IMG/VR virus record: IMGVR_UViG_3300028388_005701
Coordinates: 1 to 53,957 of that record
Source: a virus
Lineage: Duplodnaviria > Caudoviricetes
Strand: one strand, 5' to 3'
Length of the DNA stretch: 53,957 nt
A program made the translations under genes and the position numbers. Positions within the stretch are counted from its first letter, which is position 1; each line of letters opens with the position of its first letter. The notes beneath the pieces are model-generated. The model was not told the origin of the DNA, did no database searches, and was given only the letters and a program-made list of their open reading frames with translations. Below are positions 19,909-29,148 of the stretch, in pieces.

Positions 19909-20577
19909 CTAATAGTCAGTAACCTTTGGGTTGTTAGCCATAAAGCTCACTATATGAACACGCACGGAATGCGTATCATTTCTATATTCTGTATCACCTA
20001 TATACACACAAAGTTTACCGCTTCTTCTGGCATTTAATTCCTGGGGTTTTGAACGAGCTACCCAGCTATTATTATACACTACCACATCATTTCTACCGGA
20101 TAATCTGGATATCAGTTCATCTCCGGAGGCCATTAAATAGCCCTTAACAACAAAAAAATGATCACCGCCATTCTGGAGATCATACTGCAAACCTGGTGGT
20201 TTTGTGTCTATATCATCAAGAGCCGATTTTAAAAAACTATCTACTCTATTAAAATTGCTGACTATATCGACACTATCGACACTATGCTTTCTATTGTCAA
20301 ACCTGTAGTTATCAAGTTTAGTGGCCATGGACCGTAGTTTTTTTGATAGATTTTTGTTGTAGGCATTGGATTGCCTAACAGCTATGGCATACGACGCGCT
20401 TGATAACTTACCAGATAAACTTTTGAAATTAGGCTTGGGTGCTGGCGATGTATTAATCTTAGCGGCTGTACTTTCTAGATGATCGATAACACCAGAAATC
20501 GTATCGTGGGTACTGGTATTTGCCTCATTGATAGATTGAGATTCGTTTATTTCTTTGAATTTTGGTAATCTTTTCAT
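19909..20577 (-). CDS. leader-family protein
   Basis: MKRLPKFKEINESQSINEA. Confidence 0.8.
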   Translation of the reverse strand: MKRLPKFKEINESQSINEANTSTHDTISGVIDHLESTAAKINTSPAPKPNFKSLSGKLSSASYAIAVRQSNAYNKNLSKKLRSMATKLDNYRFDNRKHSVDSVDIVSNFNRVDSFLKSALDDIDTKPPGLQYDLQNGGDHFFVVKGYLMASGDELISRLSGRNDVVVYNNSWVARSKPQELNARRSGKLCVYIGDTEYRNDTHSVRVHIVSFMANNPKVTDY

Positions 20578-20618
20578 TGTTTATTTTTTGTTAAAGTTTT
20601 ATCGTTATTTTTTGGCTA

Positions 20619-20768
20619 TCATTCTACACCAATCAGAAGTGCATATTCATGATCAAGCACATATCCCAGCTCACTGCTCCAATCATTGACCATGTGGCCT
20701 AACCTCCAGGTTTCGCTTTGCCATTTCTCACTATCGGTCTTAATATCATTTAAATCAATGGCATACAC
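20619..20768 (-). CDS. small hypothetical protein (49 aa from GTG; possibly frameshifted from the ATG near 20787)
   Basis: VYAIDLNDIKTDSEKWQSETWRLGHM...; fills the gap on the operon strand. Confidence 0.35.
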   Translation of the reverse strand: MYAIDLNDIKTDSEKWQSETWRLGHMVNDWSSELGYVLDHEYALLIGVE

Positions 20769-20814
20769 TGCTGCACCACTTTTTCATCATTTGATATATT
20801 TAATTTATGTATTT

Positions 20815-22863
20815 CTAGGAACTGTGCCAGACATATTTAGCGTTGCCACAGTTGTATGTTTTCATGAATCCCAGCTCGTCCATTATTGTAGTCTCTGATC
20901 TGGTATCGGTTTTACTAATTACACCTTTCTTCACAAGATTCTTTTTAGAAAATTGCCTGCGATTGTACCTGAACCCAAACACATCGACATAGAAATAGCC
21001 TGGAACTGTATTATGGCTAAATTGCATACCCAGTTTATCATACACCGATCCGGTAAAGAAGTCAAGGAATGCGTAAGTATAAATCTCTTTGGGATCATAA
21101 TTACGCAAGAAATACTTAAACATCTTAGAGGCACCACCAACCACGGAAAAACCGATACTGGTAGCTAATCTCCCAATCTCCCAAAGAGATTCAGATTTAT
21201 TCCTAAGATTAAAGGTCATCACCGATCTAAGTTCATCTTCGTAGAATAGACCAAGATAGACAGATCCTACTAAGTGACCCTGGATATGATTTTTATCCAG
21301 GAAATCCTTGACATCCTTGAATTGTAGCACACGGAGATCAGTCTTACGAGCATAAATACGAGTACAATTCTGTAGGATAGCATTGGATATAATGGACTTA
21401 ACGATATCTTGACGATAAATCCAATCAGTCTCCCAAATCTGGATAAGACGGATACCTTTTGATAGAGCATGATTGTATTTTTCTTGGTGGTAATTACGAT
21501 GCTTTATTCTGGTGCTATGCCAGTATGAACCGTTGTACTCGATACCAAGCTTAAGCTCCGGAAGGTAAATATCAATCTCATAGGGGTTGATTGGTGATCT
21601 GGTATTGGTCACGACTTCACCATTATAGATAGATTCGACCCAGGCCGCTACATCTTTCTCTGCTTGGGATCTCATCTCACCGATTGGATTACAATGAGTG
21701 CAAAGTTCTATCCCATGTTTAATGACCCTATCCCTGGCGAACCCCGATGAAGTAGTGAATATTTCTCCACACTTCTTATGTAGGAAGGACACCTCTAACT
21801 TATTCTTGAAGGATACCACTTCATATGGCAGATTTGAATCTATAAACCTGTTATTCCAGATTCTAGATGCCTCAGTCTTAGATTTAGTTCTCAGATACGG
21901 ATCATTAAATGGATGCATACCGGAGTCTTGCATTTCTTTGTACAATTTTTGGAATCCAGCAGACTGCATGGGATGTTCTGTGCCCCATCTTTCCAGACTG
22001 GCTCTCTTGTATTCATTCTTAAAATTATCGGTTAGTACATACCATCTTTCGCCGTACTTCTCAAGATTGGCTTGTTCCAATTTCTCCCTAAGTGGACCGT
22101 GATTCCAGTTGTGCTCAACGCCGTACTTTTCGACCATGGTAGCCCTTTGTTTCTTGATAGCATCATTATCTTTTATGCCTTTAGAGATTTTATCGCGCAT
22201 CCATTCATCTTTACAATCGTTACATGGCTTATATGCATGGCCCACACCGTTGTAATTTCTGCCAAAATCAGCATCATTTTCACCACAATATTCGCATTTG
22301 GGTATGTCCTTTATACCATGCACAAGATGGTGAATACGGCGACTATTGGTACTGTCATCCGGCAAGAAGCTGGTGTATTTTTTAATAAAGGTGTCTAACT
22401 TCATATTCCTAACGGTTATACCAACTTTCTTAGTACCATAAACCTGTTTAAGAATATCAGTCAATTCCTTTTTGGTATAAGATACGTCTTTCTGCTCCTC
22501 TGGTAATTCATAGCCATCGCCGTACTGGGATTGTTTAGCCCTTAGTGCTCTGTAAGCTTTAGAGCACTCTTTGCTACAGGGCTTATAGCCATAAGTGGTA
22601 CCTTTGTGTTGATTTTTAATCACCACACCAATCTTGCCCCATTTGTTACTAACACCACCGCAGCTAGGGCATTTACCTGGATCAATATTATTTTCTATAA
22701 CATGCCAGCACCTTCTGTTAGTCTTAGCATCATTGGGTAGGAAATTAGTAAAAAACGTAAGACGCTCCAGCAATTCCTTACGTCTATTGACCATATTAGT
22801 CAGATTGGTAGGTGATTGCTCTTTGAGAGATATTAATGTTGATCTTAGTTCGTTATAATCCAT
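20815..22863 (-). CDS. free-standing homing endonuclease-like protein (zinc modules + PD-(D/E)XK, Hef-like)
   Basis: Duplicated FLP.D....RR..H....KC..CG modules, YGVEH-type repeats, EIDIYLPELKLGIEYNGSYWH nuclease motif, C-terminal IYARK..FL..NHIQG domain. Confidence 0.75.
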   Translation of the reverse strand: MDYNELRSTLISLKEQSPTNLTNMVNRRKELLERLTFFTNFLPNDAKTNRRCWHVIENNIDPGKCPSCGGVSNKWGKIGVVIKNQHKGTTYGYKPCSKECSKAYRALRAKQSQYGDGYELPEEQKDVSYTKKELTDILKQVYGTKKVGITVRNMKLDTFIKKYTSFLPDDSTNSRRIHHLVHGIKDIPKCEYCGENDADFGRNYNGVGHAYKPCNDCKDEWMRDKISKGIKDNDAIKKQRATMVEKYGVEHNWNHGPLREKLEQANLEKYGERWYVLTDNFKNEYKRASLERWGTEHPMQSAGFQKLYKEMQDSGMHPFNDPYLRTKSKTEASRIWNNRFIDSNLPYEVVSFKNKLEVSFLHKKCGEIFTTSSGFARDRVIKHGIELCTHCNPIGEMRSQAEKDVAAWVESIYNGEVVTNTRSPINPYEIDIYLPELKLGIEYNGSYWHSTRIKHRNYHQEKYNHALSKGIRLIQIWETDWIYRQDIVKSIISNAILQNCTRIYARKTDLRVLQFKDVKDFLDKNHIQGHLVGSVYLGLFYEDELRSVMTFNLRNKSESLWEIGRLATSIGFSVVGGASKMFKYFLRNYDPKEIYTYAFLDFFTGSVYDKLGMQFSHNTVPGYFYVDVFGFRYNRRQFSKKNLVKKGVISKTDTRSETTIMDELGFMKTYNCGNAKYVWHSS

Positions 22864-22874
22864 GCTTTTATTGA

Positions 22875-22902
22875 TTATAAATATGCTACAAACCAAGGTT
22901 TC
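22875..22902 (-). promoter_or_regulatory. candidate phage promoter GAAAC-N18-TATAA
   Basis: Directly upstream of ATG 22863. Confidence 0.5.
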
Positions 22903-23092
22903 TTAATCAGAGAAAACCATTAATTATAGTGGTTACAGATCAGTGAAAAATATGCAGGCTGTGCGGTTAATAACCTCCATCCTCAAAAGTGATATTGATA
23001 CCTATTATTGTGGTAATCGCTATGATTAAATTTAAAAACAGAGGACGGAGAATATAGTACTCACATTAAAGGAAAGAGTGGGGAGAGTAATA

Positions 23093-23137
23093 TGAAAATG
23101 GCCCAGAAACCCCGTCATTAGCGGGTTCTGGGCCATA
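23093..23137 (-). terminator. intrinsic terminator after the major capsid gene
   Basis: ATGGCCCAGAA..CCC / GGGTTCTGGGCCAT GC-rich stem followed by a U-run on the minus strand. Confidence 0.8.
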
Positions 23138-23166
23138 AAATATACTATGAGAAAACTATTCTTCTA

Positions 23167-24888
23167 TTAGTTCAACGCGAATCCGTTGGCTTCCTCTACT
23201 AAGAAAGTCAAGTAATTGGTCTCTGGGGCACGACCTCCTTCGGCCAGCGCGTATCGAGACTTGAGCGCTTCTTTTGGGGCCATGGTGCCCTCAGCGATGG
23301 TACTAATCTTCTCTGCTAAGAGATATGGGCACATCTTGATTCCAGGATCGGTTTCGTTACCTTTACGGAATACTGCTACCCGTCCATCGTTTACATCCAT
23401 CAGAGGATCTTCGTAAACTTTGATACCGTTCAGTGTTCCCACAAAGTAAAGCCCTGCGTCGTTCAAGTCGTTGTTGAATGGTGCTGCAGTAAATCCGCGA
23501 ACATCCCTCAAGGCGCTAGCCAAATTGGTGTTCATCACTGCACAGTCACCACGTCCTCTGCGTGAGCGGTTGTTGATCAAGGCACTGGCCTGTGTAATGC
23601 GTGTTACCAGTCTACGCTGCATGGAACTGAGATTCTCAGAAATAGCAGAAGAGTTAGGCAACGTACCAGCTGCTCCAGGAATTGTCAGAGCGGTAGATCC
23701 GTCAGCGCCCAGGTAAGACTTGGCAGATCCGGTATTACCAGCTGTATCCATGTACAAGTTCAGGTTGTTAGAACTGCTGTTCTGTACCAGATTATAGTGG
23801 TGCTGCCATCCGAGTGCGAAAATACGGCCCAGGATATGATCATTGATGTGCTGGCTCAGTTGATCCTGCAGTACAGTATCACCAAGTTCAAGCGCATTGA
23901 TTCCATGATCCATTTCCAGGTCTTGGATTTGCTCGGTAGTGTATTCGATATCAATGTGTACGGTCTCGGCTGCGATGTTCCGGCTCCAAGTCCTCAATGC
24001 CATTGAGCGGTAGTAAGAACGCTCCCCTACCTTACGGCTCATAGGTGCGTTGTATCTTGCTCCATCCTGGCGACCCATGAACCATGCGCTGGTATCATTA
24101 AGCCCTGCTCCAGACATACCACCAATGAAGTTGGTAAATCCTTCCACGTAATCTACAGAATCAGGATCAAACCCGAGGTAGTTGGATGCATCGGTATAAA
24201 TGGCTGCGCTGTTTCCGGAAGTATCAAAGAACTCTTTAACCACTTGGCTTGTCCAGTCAGTACCAGATGCTCCAGAGTTATCCTTCTGTTCGTCCAATTT
24301 GAAAACGTAAGACCCGTCAAGACGGTGCTTACCTACGTAATAAACATCGACGATATCTTCACCAGCGGCGGCGGCAGTTTTGATAGTGTACTTAGTACCA
24401 ACTGTAAGAGTTGGTGCAGTACCAGTAGCAACACCTTTTACCTTAACCACAAGGGGCTTTTTGGTAGTAGATTCCAGACGGCCATCGCCGTATACAGGTT
24501 CTACGATGTAGAGTGTTCCGGATGATTTTTCCATGGGTACAACAGGTACCAGTTCAAAACCGATTGTGTTGGCCATTACCTCAATAAAGACTCCGAAGAG
24601 GTTGGAATAAACTTCTCCAGACCCGCGATCACCAGGATCTCCATAAAAGTTGGCTAATCCGGTATTGGGATTGTTACCGAGGGCAATACCACCACGACCA
24701 GGAGTACCATCCAATGTGGCAGTGGACTCATTAAGTGCGCGGACGTGTGCCATACGGGCTATTACTTGCAGCGCCTCTTCGTTGAGGTTACGCTTGGTTG
24801 CACGGTTACCGATCTTTGATTTGATCTTAGGTACCCATTTATCGATAATTTGCCTGCGTTCCAGCAAAGCTTGCTTTTTTCTTAACAT
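23167..24888 (-). CDS. major capsid protein (T4 gp23-like)
   Basis: KW.P..., RALNES processing-like site, ELVPVVPM, EQIQDL..HGINA, G.LNGIKVYEDP, G...CPY, T.APK.ALKSRYAL; follows the protease gene. Confidence 0.9.
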   Translation of the reverse strand: MLRKKQALLERRQIIDKWVPKIKSKIGNRATKRNLNEEALQVIARMAHVRALNESTATLDGTPGRGGIALGNNPNTGLANFYGDPGDRGSGEVYSNLFGVFIEVMANTIGFELVPVVPMEKSSGTLYIVEPVYGDGRLESTTKKPLVVKVKGVATGTAPTLTVGTKYTIKTAAAAGEDIVDVYYVGKHRLDGSYVFKLDEQKDNSGASGTDWTSQVVKEFFDTSGNSAAIYTDASNYLGFDPDSVDYVEGFTNFIGGMSGAGLNDTSAWFMGRQDGARYNAPMSRKVGERSYYRSMALRTWSRNIAAETVHIDIEYTTEQIQDLEMDHGINALELGDTVLQDQLSQHINDHILGRIFALGWQHHYNLVQNSSSNNLNLYMDTAGNTGSAKSYLGADGSTALTIPGAAGTLPNSSAISENLSSMQRRLVTRITQASALINNRSRRGRGDCAVMNTNLASALRDVRGFTAAPFNNDLNDAGLYFVGTLNGIKVYEDPLMDVNDGRVAVFRKGNETDPGIKMCPYLLAEKISTIAEGTMAPKEALKSRYALAEGGRAPETNYLTFLVEEANGFALN

Positions 24889-24924
24889 GATTATTCTATC
24901 TTTTTTTCGTTAGCGTTTAAAAAA

Positions 24925-26733
24925 TTAAAGTTGTAACAAAGAATCGATTACGTTGTCGTCGTAGCCGAGATTGCTAATTTCCACTGAGACGGCTTCTTTG
25001 TGGATCTGGTCAGATTCGTTAATACGAACCAAGCCTGGTTTTTCTACCAGAACACTTTCCCAGAACATCTCGATTTCATACGCATTACGCAGATTCTTTA
25101 GTTTAGAAAGTCCAATGAGCTGTTTACGCTCAGTATCACCCAAAGAATTCCAGCTATGCACTAAATTCTCAGGGATAAAGGAAACGATATCAGTGTTAGG
25201 ATTTTGTTTGGCCTCATTAATGATGCCAGTAATCCTTTGGACATTCAGCCTTTCATTTGCAGCTACCTTTTTAATTTTGCCCGCTACCCTTGCCTTTGTA
25301 TCGGCATTAAGACTGTCAAAAGTCGCGATACCTTCCTTATCCAAGCCAATTAGGAATGGATAAGATTCATATAGCCTTGATACCTTTTCATTAACCTGTT
25401 TTTGGTTTAAGCTAAAAATGGTATTCTCTACTACACCATTAAGACCCTTCAGATCTATGATCTCATTGGTTCTTCTGGATGTGGCTCTAGTAGATTCATA
25501 TATCTTATTAGTACGTTTCGATTCGTTAGTTGGTACACCCTCTATTCTATCACCGATTTCGTTGACTCTTTCAACTATCGCGTCGTTGTGGTCAACCAGT
25601 TTATTGGTGAACTTAGTGGTGAAGTTAGCGTAGTCATGGAGTTTGTTAACCCTTTCAACTATCAGGTCATTGTGGTCAGTGAGATCATTGACTCTTTCAA
25701 CTATCAAGTCATTGTGATCAGTGAGACTATTAACCCTTTCAACTATCAGGTCATTGTGGTCAGCCAACTTATTGGCAAAACTGGTGATAGTGTTGGTGTA
25801 TTCGATGAGGCTATTGTGCTCATTTACTGATTTGTTGAAGTTCTCGGCTACGTAGTTAGAATAATCAGTAAGCTGATTAACACGCTCGGCTATCATATCA
25901 GCGAACTCTATCAGCTTATCAAGCTTTTGTTCTAAATCACCACTTTTGTCCATTTGAGCTGTTGCGCGATCCAACTTCTCAGTGATGCTATTGATATGGT
26001 CTGCTGTCATGTCAAGGTACTTAACAATGGCCTTGTTTGGGCCAACAGCTTCATTGATGGTATTGCGTCGCCTTCTTACGCGATTAGCAGCTTTAGTAGT
26101 ATTATTCACTGTTTTTATTTTTTTGTTATCATTATTAACCCATTCTGTTATGTAGACCAGGTTTTTGTTAATCTCCTTCCCAGCAAACACTTCGTTGACT
26201 CTGTTGAGTTGTGCATCAGCAAAGCCAGGATTATCGACAATATCATAGGTGTAGATACTATCAAGAGTAACATCTCCAGACTCGTTGATATAACCGGATG
26301 CCCTAGAAGAAATATGTAGAGGAACACCAGCGTCGGCAATGGCTTTTGCCTTTTTGCCCTCTGGTGTATCTAAAAGTTCGATCTTAATTCTTACAGTATC
26401 ATTTTTTTCTTCGTAATATAGATCAACGATTTTATGGCTAACATTTTTCATGGAAACGGCAAAACCATCTGGGTGATCAAGCTCCCCCAACAATCTGTTG
26501 GATTGAGCCTTTTCTCTTAGGGCTTTGATGTGACCTAGGTAGTCATCCCTGTCATAGATACGACCATTATTGTTGCGCTCGAAGTTAGCGCACATACCTT
26601 CGAATACATATTTACCAGAACTTGATTTGCTAAGGGGTTGATCCATAGCCTCTCTGATAAAATATTTTCCGGTATTATCGGACGCACCGTTAGCCAACGC
26701 GGGGCTATCAATAATTTGAGTTGTATTAGACAT
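24925..26733 (-). CDS. prohead protease (T4 gp21-like) fused to a coiled-coil scaffold/core domain
   Basis: NNNGRIY, LGELDHP, ISSRASG, YDIVDNPGF motifs; long heptad-repeat C-terminal half with many [ILV]xE[SA] sites. Confidence 0.9.
   Translation of the reverse strand: MSNTTQIIDSPALANGASDNTGKYFIREAMDQPLSKSSSGKYVFEGMCANFERNNNGRIYDRDDYLGHIKALREKAQSNRLLGELDHPDGFAVSMKNVSHKIVDLYYEEKNDTVRIKIELLDTPEGKKAKAIADAGVPLHISSRASGYINESGDVTLDSIYTYDIVDNPGFADAQLNRVNEVFAGKEINKNLVYITEWVNNDNKKIKTVNNTTKAANRVRRRRNTINEAVGPNKAIVKYLDMTADHINSITEKLDRATAQMDKSGDLEQKLDKLIEFADMIAERVNQLTDYSNYVAENFNKSVNEHNSLIEYTNTITSFANKLADHNDLIVERVNSLTDHNDLIVERVNDLTDHNDLIVERVNKLHDYANFTTKFTNKLVDHNDAIVERVNEIGDRIEGVPTNESKRTNKIYESTRATSRRTNEIIDLKGLNGVVENTIFSLNQKQVNEKVSRLYESYPFLIGLDKEGIATFDSLNADTKARVAGKIKKVAANERLNVQRITGIINEAKQNPNTDIVSFIPENLVHSWNSLGDTERKQLIGLSKLKNLRNAYEIEMFWESVLVEKPGLVRINESDQIHKEAVSVEISNLGYDDNVIDSLLQL
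25561..25765 (-). repeat. 42 bp (14 aa) coding repeats, L.DHND(L/A)IVERVN
   Basis: Three adjacent near-identical copies plus a fourth after one degenerate unit. Confidence 0.85.
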
Positions 26734-26847
26734 CTTTATCGTGTTTGCACTTTCTTTATTTATTTGTAAGCTAAGAATTTAAATTTTATATATTTATCGG
26801 GAAACCAGGATAATGATTGAGGCACTATAAAATATCAAAAAGTTGTT

Positions 26848-27492
26848 ATGCAAAAACTAAACGGTATGCTTCATCTGAAGCAAGATTTTTTAAAAAAAGG
26901 CGTGGTAATAGGTGCAAAAGGTAACCATTATGATTTCGTCAACTTCGATATAGACCAATATGGTGCCACCCTTGGTGATCTGGTGCGTGGTACCGCCAAA
27001 ATCTCAAGATATGTCGGTAATACCAGGGGTTTCTATAGTGTGGCACAACACTCAGTATTGGGAGCAAGAGCACTGCTGCTGCACGGAGAGGTAGATGCTG
27101 CTATGCAATTTCTATTCCACGACTTAGGAGAAGCCGTATACGGTGACTTTTCCGGACCAATCAAAAGGTTGATGGAATCATCCCTGGAAGGTCATGAATC
27201 TTTTGACATCAAAAAGTTGATGGATGCAGTTGATAGAGAGATATGTGTAAAGTATGGCGTAAAATGGCCACACGATGATCAAGTCCATATCGTAGACAAA
27301 AACTTGGCGCAGTACGAGTTGACCAACATGATGATGTTTAACAATCATGGGGAATACTGGGATCATGATTATGCCTATCAACAATGGTGCGCAACCTATA
27401 AGGAAGTCAGAACACACCAGTTAATAGCTAGTGGCAAAGCTGAATATGAGATTAACAGAATTGTAGAAATCGAGGTTGATACAATACAGTAG
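26848..27492 (+). CDS. HD-domain phosphohydrolase (YfbR/YfdR-like deoxynucleotidase)
   Basis: RYVGNT..FYSVAQHSVL, LFHDLGEAVYGDFSGPIK. Confidence 0.85.
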   Translation: MQKLNGMLHLKQDFLKKGVVIGAKGNHYDFVNFDIDQYGATLGDLVRGTAKISRYVGNTRGFYSVAQHSVLGARALLLHGEVDAAMQFLFHDLGEAVYGDFSGPIKRLMESSLEGHESFDIKKLMDAVDREICVKYGVKWPHDDQVHIVDKNLAQYELTNMMMFNNHGEYWDHDYAYQQWCATYKEVRTHQLIASGKAEYEINRIVEIEVDTIQ

Positions 27493-27527
27493 AAAACTAA
27501 TTATAAATATCAAACAAAAAAAACAAT

Positions 27528-28130
27528 TTGAAAATCATGAAACACAATATTATTTTGTTATTGACGCTGTTCATGGTCACAATCTTTAGCTGTAATAGCA
27601 ATAAGCAGGTACAGGTAGAAGAGTACGAGCTGGATTGGCATGGCCTAGACGACACTGATACATCGGCTGGCTATAATTTTTGGTCAGATTTCAGAATGGA
27701 CACGTTAAATATGGATAGCGTGAGGTACAATCCGGAAGAAGATGTCAGAATACTGCACTCAGAGCCGTTCAACCCATCATTTGGTGTGGATAAGTCATTA
27801 ACGCTAGAAGACTATATCGGTAGTGCACTGGTGGTACACGATTATGAATCATGGTGTCCATATGGTGGTGTCAACATCAATAACATCAACCCCGACACAC
27901 TATCCCAAACACATGTACGCATCATTAGGACACTTATAAAATACGTATGTGAGCCTAGTGGTAACATGTGTGAATCAAGGGGATGGATGGCTTTTAAAAC
28001 CAATTATTACAGGAGCGATAACGGACCTGACATTACCAGCAGTGAACCTATGGAGCTGTTTTTGGAAACTGGGTACCATATTAGTGAAAACGCAGTGGTA
28101 ATAAGAACAACTTTATTCAAATGGGAGTAA
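27528..28130 (+). CDS. putative lipoprotein
   Basis: LLTLFMVTIFS-C lipobox. Confidence 0.7.
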   Translation: MKIMKHNIILLLTLFMVTIFSCNSNKQVQVEEYELDWHGLDDTDTSAGYNFWSDFRMDTLNMDSVRYNPEEDVRILHSEPFNPSFGVDKSLTLEDYIGSALVVHDYESWCPYGGVNINNINPDTLSQTHVRIIRTLIKYVCEPSGNMCESRGWMAFKTNYYRSDNGPDITSSEPMELFLETGYHISENAVVIRTTLFKWE

Positions 28131-28321
28131 TACACAAGGACCATAACGACAAAGTTTTATCAAAGGGTGATAAAGTTGTGTTCATTGATACCAAATCATC
28201 AAGATTTGTTAATGGCACAATTTTATCCCTTGGTAAAAGTAGGGTTACCATCGGTTATGAAAACAGAAAAGGGATATACGATATGACCACTAGGTTTCCT
28301 GATAAAGTAATTAAAATGTAA
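28121..28321 (+). CDS. small KOW/SH3-like protein
   Basis: KD.NDKVLSKGDKVVF...GTILSLG pattern. Confidence 0.6.
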   Translation: MGVIHKDHNDKVLSKGDKVVFIDTKSSRFVNGTILSLGKSRVTIGYENRKGIYDMTTRFPDKVIKM

Positions 28322-28363
28322 CTAGAAAACCACGATCAATAAAAACAATAAAAGCACAAAAAG

Positions 28364-28834
28364 ATGAGAATTTACAAAACACAAATCTTGTTACCGAAGT
28401 CACAGAGCGGTTCGAAGATGAAAACCACCAATTGGATGATAGAGGCAGAAAGTCTGGAAGAAACCGTAGAGGTATTCCACAAATTTTTACTGCCCCAACT
28501 GCAGGAGCAATACCCAAACAACGGTGATCTTATTGAAATCAAATCCATAACCCTCCAGGACCTCAAGGGGTATTTCGGTGATACTGATGACTCAAATATT
28601 TACACGGCTGTTGTGATGTTCAGGGATCCCGAAACTGACAAAGACATCAAAGAAACTTGGTTGGTGTACTCAGAAAACATCGAGTCTTGCTACAACTGTA
28701 TCGAGGATACCTTTAGCCACGGTGGCGACATGGAAACCATCATGGACTTCGAGACCAAATCAGTGAAAATACTGGCAATCGAAGAGCTGGTAAGAGTCGG
28801 TTCGAGAACATCGACTATCTTGACCGCAGTTTAA
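28364..28834 (+). CDS. DUF4494-like protein
   Basis: Two-repeat layout: K...NWMIEAESLEE...IEIKSI and Y.A.V.F.D...K..K..WLV...NIE. Confidence 0.55.
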   Translation: MRIYKTQILLPKSQSGSKMKTTNWMIEAESLEETVEVFHKFLLPQLQEQYPNNGDLIEIKSITLQDLKGYFGDTDDSNIYTAVVMFRDPETDKDIKETWLVYSENIESCYNCIEDTFSHGGDMETIMDFETKSVKILAIEELVRVGSRTSTILTAV

Positions 28835-28908
28835 TATCAAATTGGTAATTTTTTGTTCAGGGGGGAGCAGGCGTATTGAAATGTCTGTTCCCATATTAAT
28901 ATAGAGAA

Positions 28909-29148
28909 ATGAAAGGATACGTAACGGTTGAACAAGCTATGGAAATGGAAGTATTGGGGTTTATAGCTGGTTACCTTTTCTACGCTGGTACCAAACCAAC
29001 TACGGAAATCGGTAAGCTGGTTATTGAATATTTCAAAGATAGACCACATTACATACCAGCCATAGATAGCGCAATGGGCAAGATGGCTAAATTGGAAACC
29101 ACTGCTGATCCTGATGATACATCTGGTAAAAGAATAAGCGATGAATAG
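28909..29148 (+). CDS. hypothetical protein
   Basis: ORF in plus-strand operon. Confidence 0.6.
   Translation: MKGYVTVEQAMEMEVLGFIAGYLFYAGTKPTTEIGKLVIEYFKDRPHYIPAIDSAMGKMAKLETTADPDDTSGKRISDE

Noticed and set aside
8700-20600. Leader repeats as a CRISPR array or integron attC sites
   Set aside because: The repeats are coding, vary at synonymous positions, are not palindromic and are spaced by whole genes; no cas or integrase gene is in the window.
22905-23090. tRNA or structured ncRNA in the intergenic gap
   Set aside because: No cloverleaf, T-loop motif or convincing stems apart from the terminator; I recognised no tRNA anywhere in the window by eye.
25561-25765. 42 bp repeats as a CRISPR or DGR template/variable repeat
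   Set aside because: They are in-frame tandem coding repeats with no spacers, no adenine-specific variation and no reverse transcriptase nearby.
23216-26339. Antisense and alternate-frame ORFs over the capsid and protease genes (and similar shadow ORFs elsewhere)
   Set aside because: They overlap well-supported genes entirely, lack motifs and are expected by-products of codon bias.
26848-27492. HD protein as DatZ of a 2-aminoadenine (Z-genome) pathway
   Set aside because: No purZ or mazZ is in the window; the motifs fit the general YfbR/YfdR-like family.
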